Source: Candidatus Moranbacteria bacterium UBA2282 | Lineage (GTDB): Bacteria > Patescibacteriota > Minisyncoccia > Moranbacterales > UBA2206 | Direction of reading: 5' to 3' | Assembly (NCBI GenBank): GCA_002345745.1 | Contig: DDWQ01000014.1 | Coordinates: forward strand, 4,439-68,438 | DNA: 64,000 bases | Part shown: in pieces, positions 38,532 through 48,512 of the stretch | How the letters are laid out: the number at the start of each line of letters is the position of its first letter | Position numbering within the stretch: the first letter of the stretch is position 1 | Program-made: the position numbers and the translations under genes | Notes under the pieces: model-generated | The model's input: the letters and a program-made list of their open reading frames with translations, nothing else | What the model was told of the DNA's origin: nothing | The model's database searches: none

Positions 38532-39398
38532 ATGAAAAGTCTTTTAGAATATTATCAAAATATTCCCTTACATATAGATCCAGTGGCGTTCACAATTAGT
38601 TCTTTTCCTGTTGGTTGGTATGCTGTAATGTATATGCTTGCATTTTTGATTGCATACTTACTATTAATGTATCGCACAAAAAAGAAGGAAGGCATATATG
38701 ATAAAGATTTGATTATTGATTTTATGATTTTGGCTCTGGTAGCTGCACTCCTTGGTGGACGCTTGGGGTATGTTCTTTTGTATAATCCTGTATATTATTT
38801 CCATAATTTGTGGAGCATAATTTCGCCGTATGATTTCGTGACCGGTGAGTTTATCGGAATCTATGGGATGAGCTATCATGGTGGATTACTGGCTATTATT
38901 GTGGCTGGATTTATTTTTCTGAGAAAGAAACTCATTAATAACAAGCCCATAAATTTCTGGCGATTTGCTGATTTTGTTGTGCCAGTAATTCCCGCGGGTT
39001 ATTTTTTTGGACGAATTGGTAATTTTCTTAATCTTGAATTGTATGGCAGAATAACTAATAGCTGGATAGGTATGTATTTTCCAATTTTCACTGGTGCCGG
39101 ACAATTTTTACGTTTCCCATCACAATTGCTTGAAGCATTGCTTGAGGGAGCCGTGCTTTTTATAATTCTTTGGAGTATCAGGAATAGAAGTAAGTTTAGT
39201 GGTCAACTCCTAGCAGTATATCTAGTTGGTTATGGTTTTTTCAGAATGATGGCAGAATTTTTTAGAGAGCCAGATGAACAGATTGGCTTGTTACTGCAAT
39301 ATTTCACCTTGGGACAAATTTTTAGTTTACTAATGATTTGCGTTGGAATAAGTGTCTATTTTTGGCGGAAAAATAAAATAATAGATTATCTTTCGTAG
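38532..39398 (+). CDS. lgt: prolipoprotein diacylglyceryl transferase
   Basis: YGMSYHGGLLAIIV; FGRIGNFLNLELYGR Lgt signature. Confidence 0.8.
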   Translation: MKSLLEYYQNIPLHIDPVAFTISSFPVGWYAVMYMLAFLIAYLLLMYRTKKKEGIYDKDLIIDFMILALVAALLGGRLGYVLLYNPVYYFHNLWSIISPYDFVTGEFIGIYGMSYHGGLLAIIVAGFIFLRKKLINNKPINFWRFADFVVPVIPAGYFFGRIGNFLNLELYGRITNSWIGMYFPIFTGAGQFLRFPSQLLEALLEGAVLFIILWSIRNRSKFSGQLLAVYLVGYGFFRMMAEFFREPDEQIGLLLQYFTLGQIFSLLMICVGISVYFWRKNKIIDYLS

Positions 39399-39460
39399 AT
39401 AGCTACAGTAGTAAAAATATGATATACTAACAGGCGTAGATATAAGTTTTAGCGTATTTT

Positions 39461-40537
39461 TTGATGGATGCAATAAAAAAAAATAAGTTAGATGGATTGT
39501 GCAAAAAGGACAAGAAAATATTTTTTTTTGATCTTCCATTGGCTCGTTTTGTAGGTAAATATAAAAATTCTTCAGTTTTTCTTTCTAAAAAAGGTAAGAT
39601 TGATTTTTTTTATACTGAAGATTCAAAATTATATGTGACGCCGACCGAATATCGCCGGTTAGAAAAAGGTGAAAAAATTGTGCGTGTCTCAAATAGAATG
39701 GACAGCGCTCTTTCTAGAGATTTTGGAAAGACTAAAATATATTCAATTGGTCAGCGAGACATTGTTTATTACAATATTAAAAAGAGATATTCTAATCTTG
39801 GAAACTACTTTAATGATTTAGTTCATGGTGCAGTGCAGGGTGTTTCTATGGCTAGGATGTGGAATTTGTCGATTGTTGGGGCAGTTATTTTTGGAATGTT
39901 AACGATGACGATGATTTATAAATATTTAGGACAAAATGTTTCAGCGGCACTCAATGATGCTGTCTATGCTGAACAATTACAACAAATTGAGTCAATTATA
40001 ATTCCGAGTGGAAGCAATGTTGTTGACGCTAAAGAGGCACAATCTGAAACAACTGACAGTATTGATACTTCTTTTGTAACTAAAATATTAGCACAGGCAG
40101 AGGAAAAAGAGGATAGTGAATTCGAACAGGAATTACGTGAAATGGTAAAAGGTTATCCAATTGAATTGATGATTCCTGAAATAGCCAAGCAAGATAGAAT
40201 TGTCGCAGCCTTCATTGTCGCTATCGCTAAAAAAGAAAGTGCGTGGGGGAACCGTATTCCAGTGTTAGATGGTCAAGATTGTTTTAATTATTGGGGTTAT
40301 CGTGGTATTCGCGACCGAATGGGCACAGGTGGACATACTTGTTTTGATAGTCCAGCAGATGCTGTAGCTACGGTGGGGAAACGCATTGCAACTTTAGTAG
40401 ACGAATATGGTCGAAACACGCCTGCGGAGATGGTTGTTTGGAAATGCGGTTCTGATTGTGAAGTTACGGGTGGGCAAGCAGCTGCTAATAAATGGATTTC
40501 TGATGTGGCGTTGTATTTTGATCAATTGAATAAGTAA
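39461..40537 (+). CDS. membrane-anchored GH73/FlgJ-like putative peptidoglycan glucosaminidase, paralog 2 (longer cytoplasmic N-terminus)
   Basis: IAKKESAWG; FNYWGYRG; CFDSP; VVWKCGSDCEVTGGQAAANKWISDV; one TM. Confidence 0.5.
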   Translation: MMDAIKKNKLDGLCKKDKKIFFFDLPLARFVGKYKNSSVFLSKKGKIDFFYTEDSKLYVTPTEYRRLEKGEKIVRVSNRMDSALSRDFGKTKIYSIGQRDIVYYNIKKRYSNLGNYFNDLVHGAVQGVSMARMWNLSIVGAVIFGMLTMTMIYKYLGQNVSAALNDAVYAEQLQQIESIIIPSGSNVVDAKEAQSETTDSIDTSFVTKILAQAEEKEDSEFEQELREMVKGYPIELMIPEIAKQDRIVAAFIVAIAKKESAWGNRIPVLDGQDCFNYWGYRGIRDRMGTGGHTCFDSPADAVATVGKRIATLVDEYGRNTPAEMVVWKCGSDCEVTGGQAAANKWISDVALYFDQLNK

Positions 40538-40588
40538 AAAACAGATTTAGAATAAACAATCCAAAAAGCTTAGCTTTAAGCTCATTTC

Positions 40589-40622
40589 CCAACAGCAATA
40601 TTCATGCTGTTGGTTTTTTTAA
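40589..40622 (+). terminator. intrinsic terminator
   Basis: CCAACAGCA-atattca-TGCTGTTGG then TTTTTTT. Confidence 0.65.
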
Positions 40623-41050
40623 AATAATTTTTTCTGGATTTTATGTATATTTAGTGATAGAATAGAAACCTCTATGGAGGCCTCTAGGTGAGGGGAGAGG
40701 TTGCCAAGCGAAAATTTTAAGCTGGAATATTCCAAAAATTGACAATTTGATTTTTATTTGAATCTATGATAATTTGGATTTAGCTAAAAGTTAAATTAAG
40801 TTAATAAATAAAAAAACACCTATTATCGCAATTGCGTTAGTTGTTTCGCTTGCTATCCGAGTTGGTTTTTAGATTTCGAAGCAATGATGAATTCAATAAA
40901 GTTCATAGATTAGTTTAAATAGAGTACAGTTTTTTAACAATTCAACATAGAGGAGGTAAATTGAGTCAAAAATAATTACAATGAAAAATTATTAATTTTT
41001 CAACATAATATTTCCATTATTCTAAAAAACAGTGAATGAAAGGAGCAAAG

Positions 41051-41194
41051 AATGAAAAAGAAAATTGGATTGATATTTGTTATTTTTTTGGTTTTAATAA
41101 TGGTAACTCTTGTGATTGTTGAAGAAGTAATTGTTGTGCCTGAAACTCCGAATGGAATTCCTGCACCAACAAATTTTGAGATTATTGTCTTATA
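41051..41194 (+). CDS. 47-aa small hydrophobic protein (not in the ORF track, below its length cutoff)
   Basis: AAAGGAG RBS 7 nt upstream; MKKKIGLIFVIFLVLIMVTLVIV...; followed by terminator-like hairpin at 41243-41277. Confidence 0.3.
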
Positions 41195-41242
41195 ATCTAT
41201 TTGGAAAAAATATGAATAGATTTTTTAACCCTGAAAACCCTA

Positions 41243-41277
41243 TGGCATCGTGTTGTATTGCGATGTCATTTTTTTTC
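41243..41277 (+). terminator. intrinsic terminator-like hairpin plus T-run
   Basis: TGGCATCG-tgttgtatt-GCGATGTCA then TTTTTTTT. Confidence 0.5.
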
Positions 41278-41389
41278 AAATGTCTTCAAAACACTTAGTT
41301 AAAAATAAAAACTATTCATCAAAGATTTTGGTCATGGAAAGTTGGAAATCATTTATTGGCGACGGGTATAAAAAATAAATTAAATCGCA

Positions 41390-41450
41390 CATAATCTCAC
41401 GACCGTGAGATTATGTTAAAAATCCGGAAATAGCCGGATTTTTATTTTTT
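41390..41450 (+). terminator. tandem hairpins: 11-12 bp stem (CATAATCTCACG/CGTGAGATTATG), then ATCCGG-aaatag-CCGGAT plus T-run
   Basis: Read directly. The second hairpin has a canonical T-tail; the first has none. Confidence 0.5.
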
Positions 41451-41512
41451 ACCGATAAGACGGCAGCTAAGCCAAAAAACGACACTTTGCTTTATTTAAG
41501 CCATTTCATCGA

Positions 41513-41541
41513 TTGACAGGGTTACAGCACTTTGCTATGAT
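41513..41541 (+). promoter_or_regulatory. consensus sigma-70 promoter TTGACA-17-TATGAT, followed by 7-bp GC hairpin (41583-41602) in the leader
   Basis: TTGACA 41513-18; TATGAT 41536-41; CCTGCCT-gccggt-AGGCAGG hairpin. Confidence 0.5.
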
Positions 41542-41634
41542 AGATAGCGTCGTTCAAAAATCGAACACCAAAAACCAAAGGGCCTGCCTGCCGGTAGGCA
41601 GGGATTGTAATTCTAAATTGGCGACATAACTATT

Positions 41635-42345
41635 ATGGTTGATCCACTGCCCAGTCTCAAAAAATTGAGAGACATCTATGAGGGGATAGATACGGTTAAA
41701 AAGAATCATATTAAATTATCATTTACTATTCTCACGCTAAGTATAGGGTTATTTTTTTACTTTGCATCTGATAATCAAGCTTTGGCTCACAGAAAAGATG
41801 AACCTTTACATATTACACCAGAAGCCATTGACCCATTGCATAGGATTGGAAAGGGTATCAAAATTTTTGATTGCACAGTTAGTAGTTCTTGTTTAAAAAC
41901 AGAAACGCTTGTACAAGCAGAAGTTGTTACGGCTGATAATTCAATAATTGCCGAAACAGTAGCTGGCTCTCCAATGGCAGAAATGGTGCCAGCATTGGAA
42001 CAGAGGAGCAAAGAGGTTTCTTCCTATCTTGTGGCCATTGCTAAAAAAGAAAGTGATTGGGGAGTTCATTCGCCAAAAAAAGCAGGTCGTGATTGTTATA
42101 ATTATTGGGGTTATCGCGGAAAAGAAAATACAACAGATTCTGGATATAGTTGTTTTGATTCTCCAAACCATGCAATTGAAGTGGTTGGTGATAGGATTGA
42201 GAAACTTTTAGACCAAAATATCAATACACCGGCAAAAATGGTAGTTTGGAAATGTGGATCAAATTGCGAGGCGACTGGTGGGCAGGCAGCGGCTAATAAA
42301 TGGATTTCTGACGTGAAGTTATATCATGATAGGCTAAGTTCATAG
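41635..42345 (+). CDS. membrane-anchored GH73/FlgJ-like putative peptidoglycan glucosaminidase, paralog 3
   Basis: IAKKESDWG; YNYWGYRG; CFDSP; VVWKCGSNCEATGGQAAANKWISDV. Confidence 0.5.
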   Translation: MVDPLPSLKKLRDIYEGIDTVKKNHIKLSFTILTLSIGLFFYFASDNQALAHRKDEPLHITPEAIDPLHRIGKGIKIFDCTVSSSCLKTETLVQAEVVTADNSIIAETVAGSPMAEMVPALEQRSKEVSSYLVAIAKKESDWGVHSPKKAGRDCYNYWGYRGKENTTDSGYSCFDSPNHAIEVVGDRIEKLLDQNINTPAKMVVWKCGSNCEATGGQAAANKWISDVKLYHDRLSS

Positions 42346-42381
42346 AATATTTTTTAAAAAATTAAAATAAACAAAAAATTT

Positions 42382-42705
42382 ATGGCACTTAAAAATATAA
42401 ATGGCAAAGAATTAAAGAAAATGTTGGATGAAAATCCAGCTGATTTAGAAATTATTGATGTGCGAGAGCAATATGAATATGACGAGATTAGGATTAAAAA
42501 TTCTAAATTAATTCCACTTTCGGAGATTGGAGCGAGAATTTCGGAAATAGATTGGGGCAAGAAAGTTATTTTGGTCTGTCGCAGTGGTGCACGAAGTGGC
42601 TATGTGGCTCAGGCTTTAGCGGCTAGTGGAAAAAATATCATCAATCTAGCGGGTGGCATCTATACATTGGATTTGGAGCAATGTGATTGTTTGGAAAAAA
42701 ACTAG
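42382..42705 (+). CDS. single-domain rhodanese-like sulfurtransferase
   Basis: Active-site loop VCRSGARSG; 107 aa. Confidence 0.8.
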   Translation: MALKNINGKELKKMLDENPADLEIIDVREQYEYDEIRIKNSKLIPLSEIGARISEIDWGKKVILVCRSGARSGYVAQALAASGKNIINLAGGIYTLDLEQCDCLEKN

Positions 42706-42786
42706 GATTATTGTAACGGGGCAGATTAAACATTAGTAGCGGGTAAAAACTTATTTACAGACTGTTTGAAAAAACAGTCTGTTTAT

Positions 42787-43257
42787 TTAAAAGATAATAA
42801 ATAAAATAATTGCAATAAGTGATAGAAGAATGTCGTTAACACTATTTCGAAGGGTCCATTGTCTTTGCTTGGCTCCACGTGGATATTTGTGACACCATTT
42901 ATGGAATCGGTAAATTGGCGCTAGAAAGCTAAATTTAAATTTCCAATACAAGACAGTTAGAAGATCAGGCAACATTGAAAAAAAACTTCCGAGGAGGACA
43001 TTTTTAGTTTGACTTAAATTGAAATTCCCAAAATAAATAAGAAAAAATAATATAATTATGGTTGTAGTGGCATCCAAGGCAACTTTCCACCAGGTATTAC
43101 TGAAAGCCGTTTTACTATCAAAGGTCTCCACATATTCGCCATGACGAAGATGATCCATTGCAAAGTGGAGTGCGATAGATAGTGGAATAAGTAGCCAAAT
43201 ATTTTCAATATTTTTTCCAAGTGCTGCACCAACGAGAGCGTGTGTTGTTAAAATCAT
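42787..43257 (-). CDS. hypothetical membrane protein
   Basis: 4-5 predicted TM; no motif recognised. Confidence 0.4.
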   Translation of the reverse strand: MILTTHALVGAALGKNIENIWLLIPLSIALHFAMDHLRHGEYVETFDSKTAFSNTWWKVALDATTTIIILFFLIYFGNFNLSQTKNVLLGSFFSMLPDLLTVLYWKFKFSFLAPIYRFHKWCHKYPRGAKQRQWTLRNSVNDILLSLIAIILFIIF

Positions 43258-43297
43258 AGGAGTTGAAAAATAATTATAATTAAGCTAAACTTAGTTT

Positions 43298-43999
43298 ATG
43301 GATATAAGTATATTATACATCGTAGCAACGCCAATCGGAAATCTGGAAGATATCACTTTTCGGGCTGTTCGTGCACTAGGCGAAGTTGATTTGATTGTTT
43401 GTGAAGATACACGTGTAACTAAGCGACTTTTGGATCATTATGGTATTGAAACACAATCAACTTCTTTCTATCATCTGCCGCGGCGGATGAAAAAGGGCGG
43501 TGCAGTCAAACCAGTACCAAAGTTGGCATTTCTAATTGAAGAACTAAAAAGTGGTAAAAATTTGGCTTTGGTGACAGATGCTGGAACTCCGGGAATTTCT
43601 GATCCTGGTAATCAATTAGTGGCGGCAGCTATAGCAGAGCAGATTCCAGTTATTCCAGTCCCAGGAGTGTCAGCGGTCACGACTTTAGCCAGTGTTTCGG
43701 GAATTGATTTGAGCGAGTTTGTTTTTCTGGGATTTCCACCACACAAAAAAGGTCGCGAAACTTTTTTCAAAAGAGTTGTCGAATTTTCTTTGCCAGTGAT
43801 GTTTTATGAATCTCCACACAGAGTTTTGAAAAATTTGGAACTTCTGCAAAAAATGGAAACTCCCAAGCAAGTTATTCTCGGTCGAGAACTTACCAAAATG
43901 TTTGAAGAAATTGTCCGCGGTACAGTTTCAGAGGTGCTAGAATATTTTCAAGAAAATCCCGGCAAAGTGAAAGGAGAATTTGTAATAATTATATATTAA
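43298..43999 (+). CDS. rsmI: 16S rRNA (cytidine1402-2'-O)-methyltransferase
   Basis: LYIVATPIGNLEDIT; IVCEDTR; tetrapyrrole-methylase fold. Confidence 0.85.
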   Translation: MDISILYIVATPIGNLEDITFRAVRALGEVDLIVCEDTRVTKRLLDHYGIETQSTSFYHLPRRMKKGGAVKPVPKLAFLIEELKSGKNLALVTDAGTPGISDPGNQLVAAAIAEQIPVIPVPGVSAVTTLASVSGIDLSEFVFLGFPPHKKGRETFFKRVVEFSLPVMFYESPHRVLKNLELLQKMETPKQVILGRELTKMFEEIVRGTVSEVLEYFQENPGKVKGEFVIIIY

Positions 44000-44000
44000 T

Positions 44001-45422
44001 ATGTCAGAAAAATTTTATATTACAACTACTTTGCCTTATATAAATGCCAATCCGCATATTGGTTTTGCATTAGAAATTGTGCAGGCTGATGTTGTAGCGA
44101 GATTTCACAGACAATTGGAAGATGAGGTGTTTTTTAATACTGGTGCAGATGAGCATGGAGCTAAGATTCAACAAAAAGCTTTGGAGCTTGGCATGGATGT
44201 GCAAGAATATTGTGATAGAAACGTTTTTTTATTTATAGCTTTGGAAGAAATGCTTAATTTGAGTTTTAAAAGTTTCACTCGGACAACATATCCTAACCAT
44301 ATTGCCGCAACACAAGAATTTTGGAAGCGTTGTGAGGCTAACGGAGATATCTATAAGAAAAATTATAAAATTAAATATTGTGTTGGTTGTGAATTAGAAA
44401 AAACTGAATCTGATTTGGTAGAAGGAAAATGTCCGTTGCATCCCAATATGGAATTGGAAATAATTGAGGAAGAAAACTATTTTTTCAGATTTTCAAAATA
44501 TCAAGAAAAGCTGTTGGAATTTTATAAAAATAATCCCAACTTTGTTGTTCCAGAAAAGAAATTTAAGGAGATTCGAAATTTTGTCGAAATGGGGTTGCAA
44601 GATTTTAGCATCTCTAGACTAAAGAGTAAGATGTCGTGGGGTGTGGAAGTGCCTGGAGACACAGAGCATGTTATGTACGTTTGGTTTGATGCATTGGTAA
44701 ATTATATTTCAGCTATCGGTTGGCCAGATAATATGGATAAATTTAATCAGTGGTGGCCAGTGGTTCAATTAGCAGGAAAAGATAATTTGCGCCAACAATC
44801 TGCTATGTGGCAAGCGATGTTATTTTCGGCTGGTATTCCAAATTCCAAGCAAATTTTTATCAATGGCTTTGTGAATGTGGGTGGGCAAAAAATGAGTAAG
44901 AGCCTGGGTAATGTTGTAAGTCCAGAAGATATGGTTAAAAAATTTGGCAAAAATGCTACACGCTATCTGCTTTTGACACTAGGAGATAATTTTGGCGAAG
45001 ATATGGATTTTACTTGGGAACGTACTATTGAAAAATATAACGCTGATTTGGCTAATGGATTGGGAAATTTTACTTCACGAATTATAAAACTTGCTGAAAA
45101 TATGAATACGTCGCTTGTAATTGAGCTTGCAAAATCAGAAGATGAAATATTAAAAAAATTAGTTGATAAAATGGAATTGAGCCAAGCATTACAATATATT
45201 TGGAAAATTGTCAGAGAAGATGATAAATATATTTCTGATACTAAGCCATGGGAATTGAAAAAAACTAATCTTGAAAAATTTGAAGAGGTTATGAACAAAT
45301 TGGCAGGAGATTTAAGTTTGATTGCAGACTTGTTGATTCCATTTATGCCTGACACCGCCGAAAAAATTAAAGAAGCCTTGAAAACAAAACAAATAGGCAT
45401 TCTTTTCCCACGAATTAAATAA
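44001..45422 (+). CDS. metG: methionine--tRNA ligase (short form)
   Basis: HIGH-like NPHIGF; KMSKS (QKMSKSLGN); Zn knuckle CVGCE...CPLH. Confidence 0.85.
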   Translation: MSEKFYITTTLPYINANPHIGFALEIVQADVVARFHRQLEDEVFFNTGADEHGAKIQQKALELGMDVQEYCDRNVFLFIALEEMLNLSFKSFTRTTYPNHIAATQEFWKRCEANGDIYKKNYKIKYCVGCELEKTESDLVEGKCPLHPNMELEIIEEENYFFRFSKYQEKLLEFYKNNPNFVVPEKKFKEIRNFVEMGLQDFSISRLKSKMSWGVEVPGDTEHVMYVWFDALVNYISAIGWPDNMDKFNQWWPVVQLAGKDNLRQQSAMWQAMLFSAGIPNSKQIFINGFVNVGGQKMSKSLGNVVSPEDMVKKFGKNATRYLLLTLGDNFGEDMDFTWERTIEKYNADLANGLGNFTSRIIKLAENMNTSLVIELAKSEDEILKKLVDKMELSQALQYIWKIVREDDKYISDTKPWELKKTNLEKFEEVMNKLAGDLSLIADLLIPFMPDTAEKIKEALKTKQIGILFPRIK

Positions 45423-45452
45423 TTTTTTTATCTAGTGTGATAATAAAAACAA

Positions 45453-46148
45453 ATGAATAAAAAAATATTAGCCTCAAGTGGAATAATAATTTTGATTTTC
45501 ATAATAAGTATGAGATTGGGATATGTCACGCCTATCGCAATGGCTGAACTTGATCCCAACTATGGTACGACCACTTTTTTTTCTGAAAAAAATGAGATCC
45601 CATCAGCTAATCCGCCAATTTATGATGTCGGAGTTAGTGCCACTAACAATAGCTCAAGTAGTAAATCTGACAATAATAACAGCACAGATGAAGAATCAAT
45701 TAACAGTGGCGGATTATTTAGTCGAGCTATTAGTAGCATTGGTGTTTTTTTTGGAGGTTCAAGTGAGCAAATTAACACAACTGAAGATTCTTTGTTTAGT
45801 TGGCAACAAAATTCAGATACATTTGGCGATTCATCTGACTCATCTGGCGGTGGCGAGTTTGTTATGGGGGCTCGGGGAGAGAGTTTGGAAAATATTGATG
45901 ATGAAGAGGCAGCTAAATATAATGACAGGATTGCTAATGGTTTTAATTTTAGAGAAAATAGTTCTAATTCAACACCTAAAAAAAGTAAATTGCTTTTTAC
46001 GAACATAGTAGTACCTGTTAATATGACTACTCAATATATCTTGATTGGATTTGTTTTTTTTATTGCAATTGGTTTAGCGGTTGGATATTATCTCTGGAAA
46101 AAAGAAAAATCCAAAGCTGTAATTAACAGCAACGAAGATTATCAGTAA
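45453..46148 (+). CDS. hypothetical Ser/Asn/Asp-rich protein with N- and C-terminal TM
   Basis: Low-complexity middle region; C-terminal TM followed by KKEKSK tail. Confidence 0.4.
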   Translation: MNKKILASSGIIILIFIISMRLGYVTPIAMAELDPNYGTTTFFSEKNEIPSANPPIYDVGVSATNNSSSSKSDNNNSTDEESINSGGLFSRAISSIGVFFGGSSEQINTTEDSLFSWQQNSDTFGDSSDSSGGGEFVMGARGESLENIDDEEAAKYNDRIANGFNFRENSSNSTPKKSKLLFTNIVVPVNMTTQYILIGFVFFIAIGLAVGYYLWKKEKSKAVINSNEDYQ

Positions 46149-46158
46149 TAAAACTAAT

Positions 46159-46995
46159 ATGATTGATAGTCATGCTCATTTGGATGATAAACAATTTGAT
46201 GCGGATCGCGAAGATGTTATCCGACGGGCTTTTGAAGCTGGTGTGGAAAAAATTATTACAGTCGGAGCTGGCCTAGGTAGTAGTGAACGGGCAGTAAATT
46301 TGGCTAAAAAATATCAAAATATTTTTGCCGTCGTTGGACTTCATCCAGAATATTTCATGAAGCATGGTACATGGCAGGAAGAACATAAGGAAAAATTATT
46401 AGAATTAGCAAAGACCAAAAAGGTGATGGCCATTGGAGAAATTGGCTTGGAATATCATACACATACTGATGAAATGGTTAGTGAAGAACAAAAAGAATTT
46501 CAAAAAGAAGGTTTTATTTTTCAGTTGGAATTAGCAACAAAACTAAAAAAACCAGTAGTTATTCATTGCCGACCCGCCCGCAACGATTCGCAAGCGAAGC
46601 GTAGCGATTCGGGCGGGGGAGCTTATGATGATGCACTGGAAATAATCAGAAATTATTCTGAAATTAATTTCGTATTTCATTGTTATGGTGGCAATCTTGA
46701 ATTTACGGAAAAGTCATTACAGTTGGAAAATATTCATTTTTCATTTACGGGCAACATTACTTATGCTAAGCCGAGCGCGGAAATTTTGGAAGTTATTCGG
46801 GTCATTCCACTAGAAAAAATAATGTTAGAAACTGACTGTCCATATTTAGCTCCAGTGCCACATCGTGGTAAGAGAAATGAACCAGCCTTTGTTACCTATG
46901 TTGCTGAAAAAATAGCTGAAATAAAGGAAATTTCAGCTAGCGAGGTGGATAGAGTCACCACAGAAAATGCCAATAAATTCTTTAATTTAAGCTAA
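46159..46995 (+). CDS. tatD: TatD family metal-dependent hydrolase (with 16-17 aa GC-rich in-frame insert)
   Basis: MIDSHAHLDD; GEIGLEY; TDCPYLAPVPHRGKRNEPAFV. Confidence 0.8.
   Translation: MIDSHAHLDDKQFDADREDVIRRAFEAGVEKIITVGAGLGSSERAVNLAKKYQNIFAVVGLHPEYFMKHGTWQEEHKEKLLELAKTKKVMAIGEIGLEYHTHTDEMVSEEQKEFQKEGFIFQLELATKLKKPVVIHCRPARNDSQAKRSDSGGGAYDDALEIIRNYSEINFVFHCYGGNLEFTEKSLQLENIHFSFTGNITYAKPSAEILEVIRVIPLEKIMLETDCPYLAPVPHRGKRNEPAFVTYVAEKIAEIKEISASEVDRVTTENANKFFNLS
46571..46621. repeat. GC-rich palindromic insert inside tatD (CCCGCCCG ... CGGGCGGG outer stem)
   Basis: ~60% GC in a ~33% GC context. Shares the 10-mer GAAGCGTAGC with the GC-rich hairpin at 1762-1826. Encodes PARNDSQAKRSDSGGG in frame. 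Confidence 0.6.
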
Positions 46996-47116
46996 AAATC
47001 AAAGTTTGCCACGTGAATTTCTTTAGAAATTTTTACACGGTTGACTTTTTTTAACTTTTGAGAGACAATTGATAACGTTATCGGGCGTGCACTTTTAGTA
47101 TGATAAAAGAAAAATA

Positions 47117-47344
47117 ATGGATAAAGAAGTTAAAAAAAGCAATGATTTTTCCGCTATATCCTTAGCTTGGGAGCTTGGCTATTCTATTGCTGTTCCATTA
47201 GTGCTGTTAGCACTCGGCGGAAGATTTTTGGATAAAAAATTAGATACTACACCATTTTTGCTAATAGCTGGAATACTTATCTCAATCCTTACTTCGTCAT
47301 ATATAGTCTATAAAAAAACAACTGATATAATGAATCAAAAATAA
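47117..47344 (+). CDS. AtpZ/AtpI-like small membrane protein preceding the atp operon
   Basis: 75 aa; two TM; position immediately upstream of atpB. Confidence 0.5.
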   Translation: MDKEVKKSNDFSAISLAWELGYSIAVPLVLLALGGRFLDKKLDTTPFLLIAGILISILTSSYIVYKKTTDIMNQK

Positions 47345-48096
47345 TGGAAATTTCACTAGCACCAGAAATAATATTTCATATGGGACATTTTCCTATTACT
47401 AATTCACTTTTGATGACGCTTATTGTCAGTGGAATTATTATTATTGCTTCTATTGTGCTTAGACGGAATTTGACGCTTGTGCCGAAGGGTTTTCAAAATA
47501 TTGTTGAATATGTAGTTGAAGCATTTTTAGGGTTGATTGATAGCGTTACGCAAAACAAAGAACAAACTAAGAAATTTTTCCCCTTTGTGGTAACAATTTT
47601 TATTTTTGTAATTTTGTCTAACTGGATTGAATTGGTTCCGGGACTTGGTACTGTTGGGATTAATGAGGTGAAAGATGGACACACAATTCTAGTGCCATTT
47701 ATCCGTAGTGCCTCAGCAGATCTAAATGTGACTTTGGCAATTGCACTTATTTCCGTTTTTACGGCACAATTTATGGGAATCGCTGCTATTGGGCTAGCAC
47801 GTTATAGTGGAAAATTTTTTGTAAATCCATTTCGTAAACCATATTTCATTGGAACATTTGTGGGTATTTTGGAAATTATTAGTGAAGGTGCAAAAATAAT
47901 TTCTTTTTCCTTTCGTCTTTTTGGGAATATTTTTGCTGGGGAAGTGCTTTTGATTGTTATGCTAAATTTGGTGCCATACTTAGTGCCAGTGCCTTTCTTG
48001 CTTTTGGAGTTGTTCGTGGGATTTGTGCAGGCTTTGGTATTTGCAATGTTAACTCTGGTATTTTTCAAAATGGCGGTAACAGCACATGATCACTAA
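47344..48096 (+). CDS. atpB: F0F1 ATP synthase subunit a
   Basis: SFRLFGNIFAGE with conserved Arg; 5 TM. Confidence 0.85.
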   Translation: MEISLAPEIIFHMGHFPITNSLLMTLIVSGIIIIASIVLRRNLTLVPKGFQNIVEYVVEAFLGLIDSVTQNKEQTKKFFPFVVTIFIFVILSNWIELVPGLGTVGINEVKDGHTILVPFIRSASADLNVTLAIALISVFTAQFMGIAAIGLARYSGKFFVNPFRKPYFIGTFVGILEIISEGAKIISFSFRLFGNIFAGEVLLIVMLNLVPYLVPVPFLLLELFVGFVQALVFAMLTLVFFKMAVTAHDH

Positions 48097-48160
48097 TAAA
48101 TAATTTTTTTAATATTGATTTAACAGTGACCATTATAAAAGTGGGCTGCTAGATTAGTAA

Positions 48161-48433
<273 letters not shown>

Positions 48434-48445
48434 TTTTTGATAGAC

Positions 48446-48466
48446 AGTCCCGAGTAACTCGGGACT
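48446..48466 (+). promoter_or_regulatory. 9-bp stem hairpin between atpE and atpF without T-tail
   Basis: AGTCCCGAG-taa-CTCGGGACT. Confidence 0.45.
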
Positions 48467-48512
48467 GGAATTAGTAACTAAAGATCTGTAACAAAATATA
48501 AATTTAAAAAAT

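Noticed and set aside
40640-40720. GC-rich patch GAGGCCTCTAGGTGAGGGGAGAGG as a tRNA or known ncRNA
   Set aside because: No cloverleaf or recognisable ncRNA structure could be folded by eye. It is flagged only as part of the unusual spacer.
45523-46008. Alternative-frame ORFs (161 aa on +, 128 aa on -) inside the Ser/Asp-rich protein gene
   Set aside because: Low-complexity repeat DNA yields open frames in several phases. The frame with signal peptide plus C-terminal TM (45453-46148) is the most plausible.
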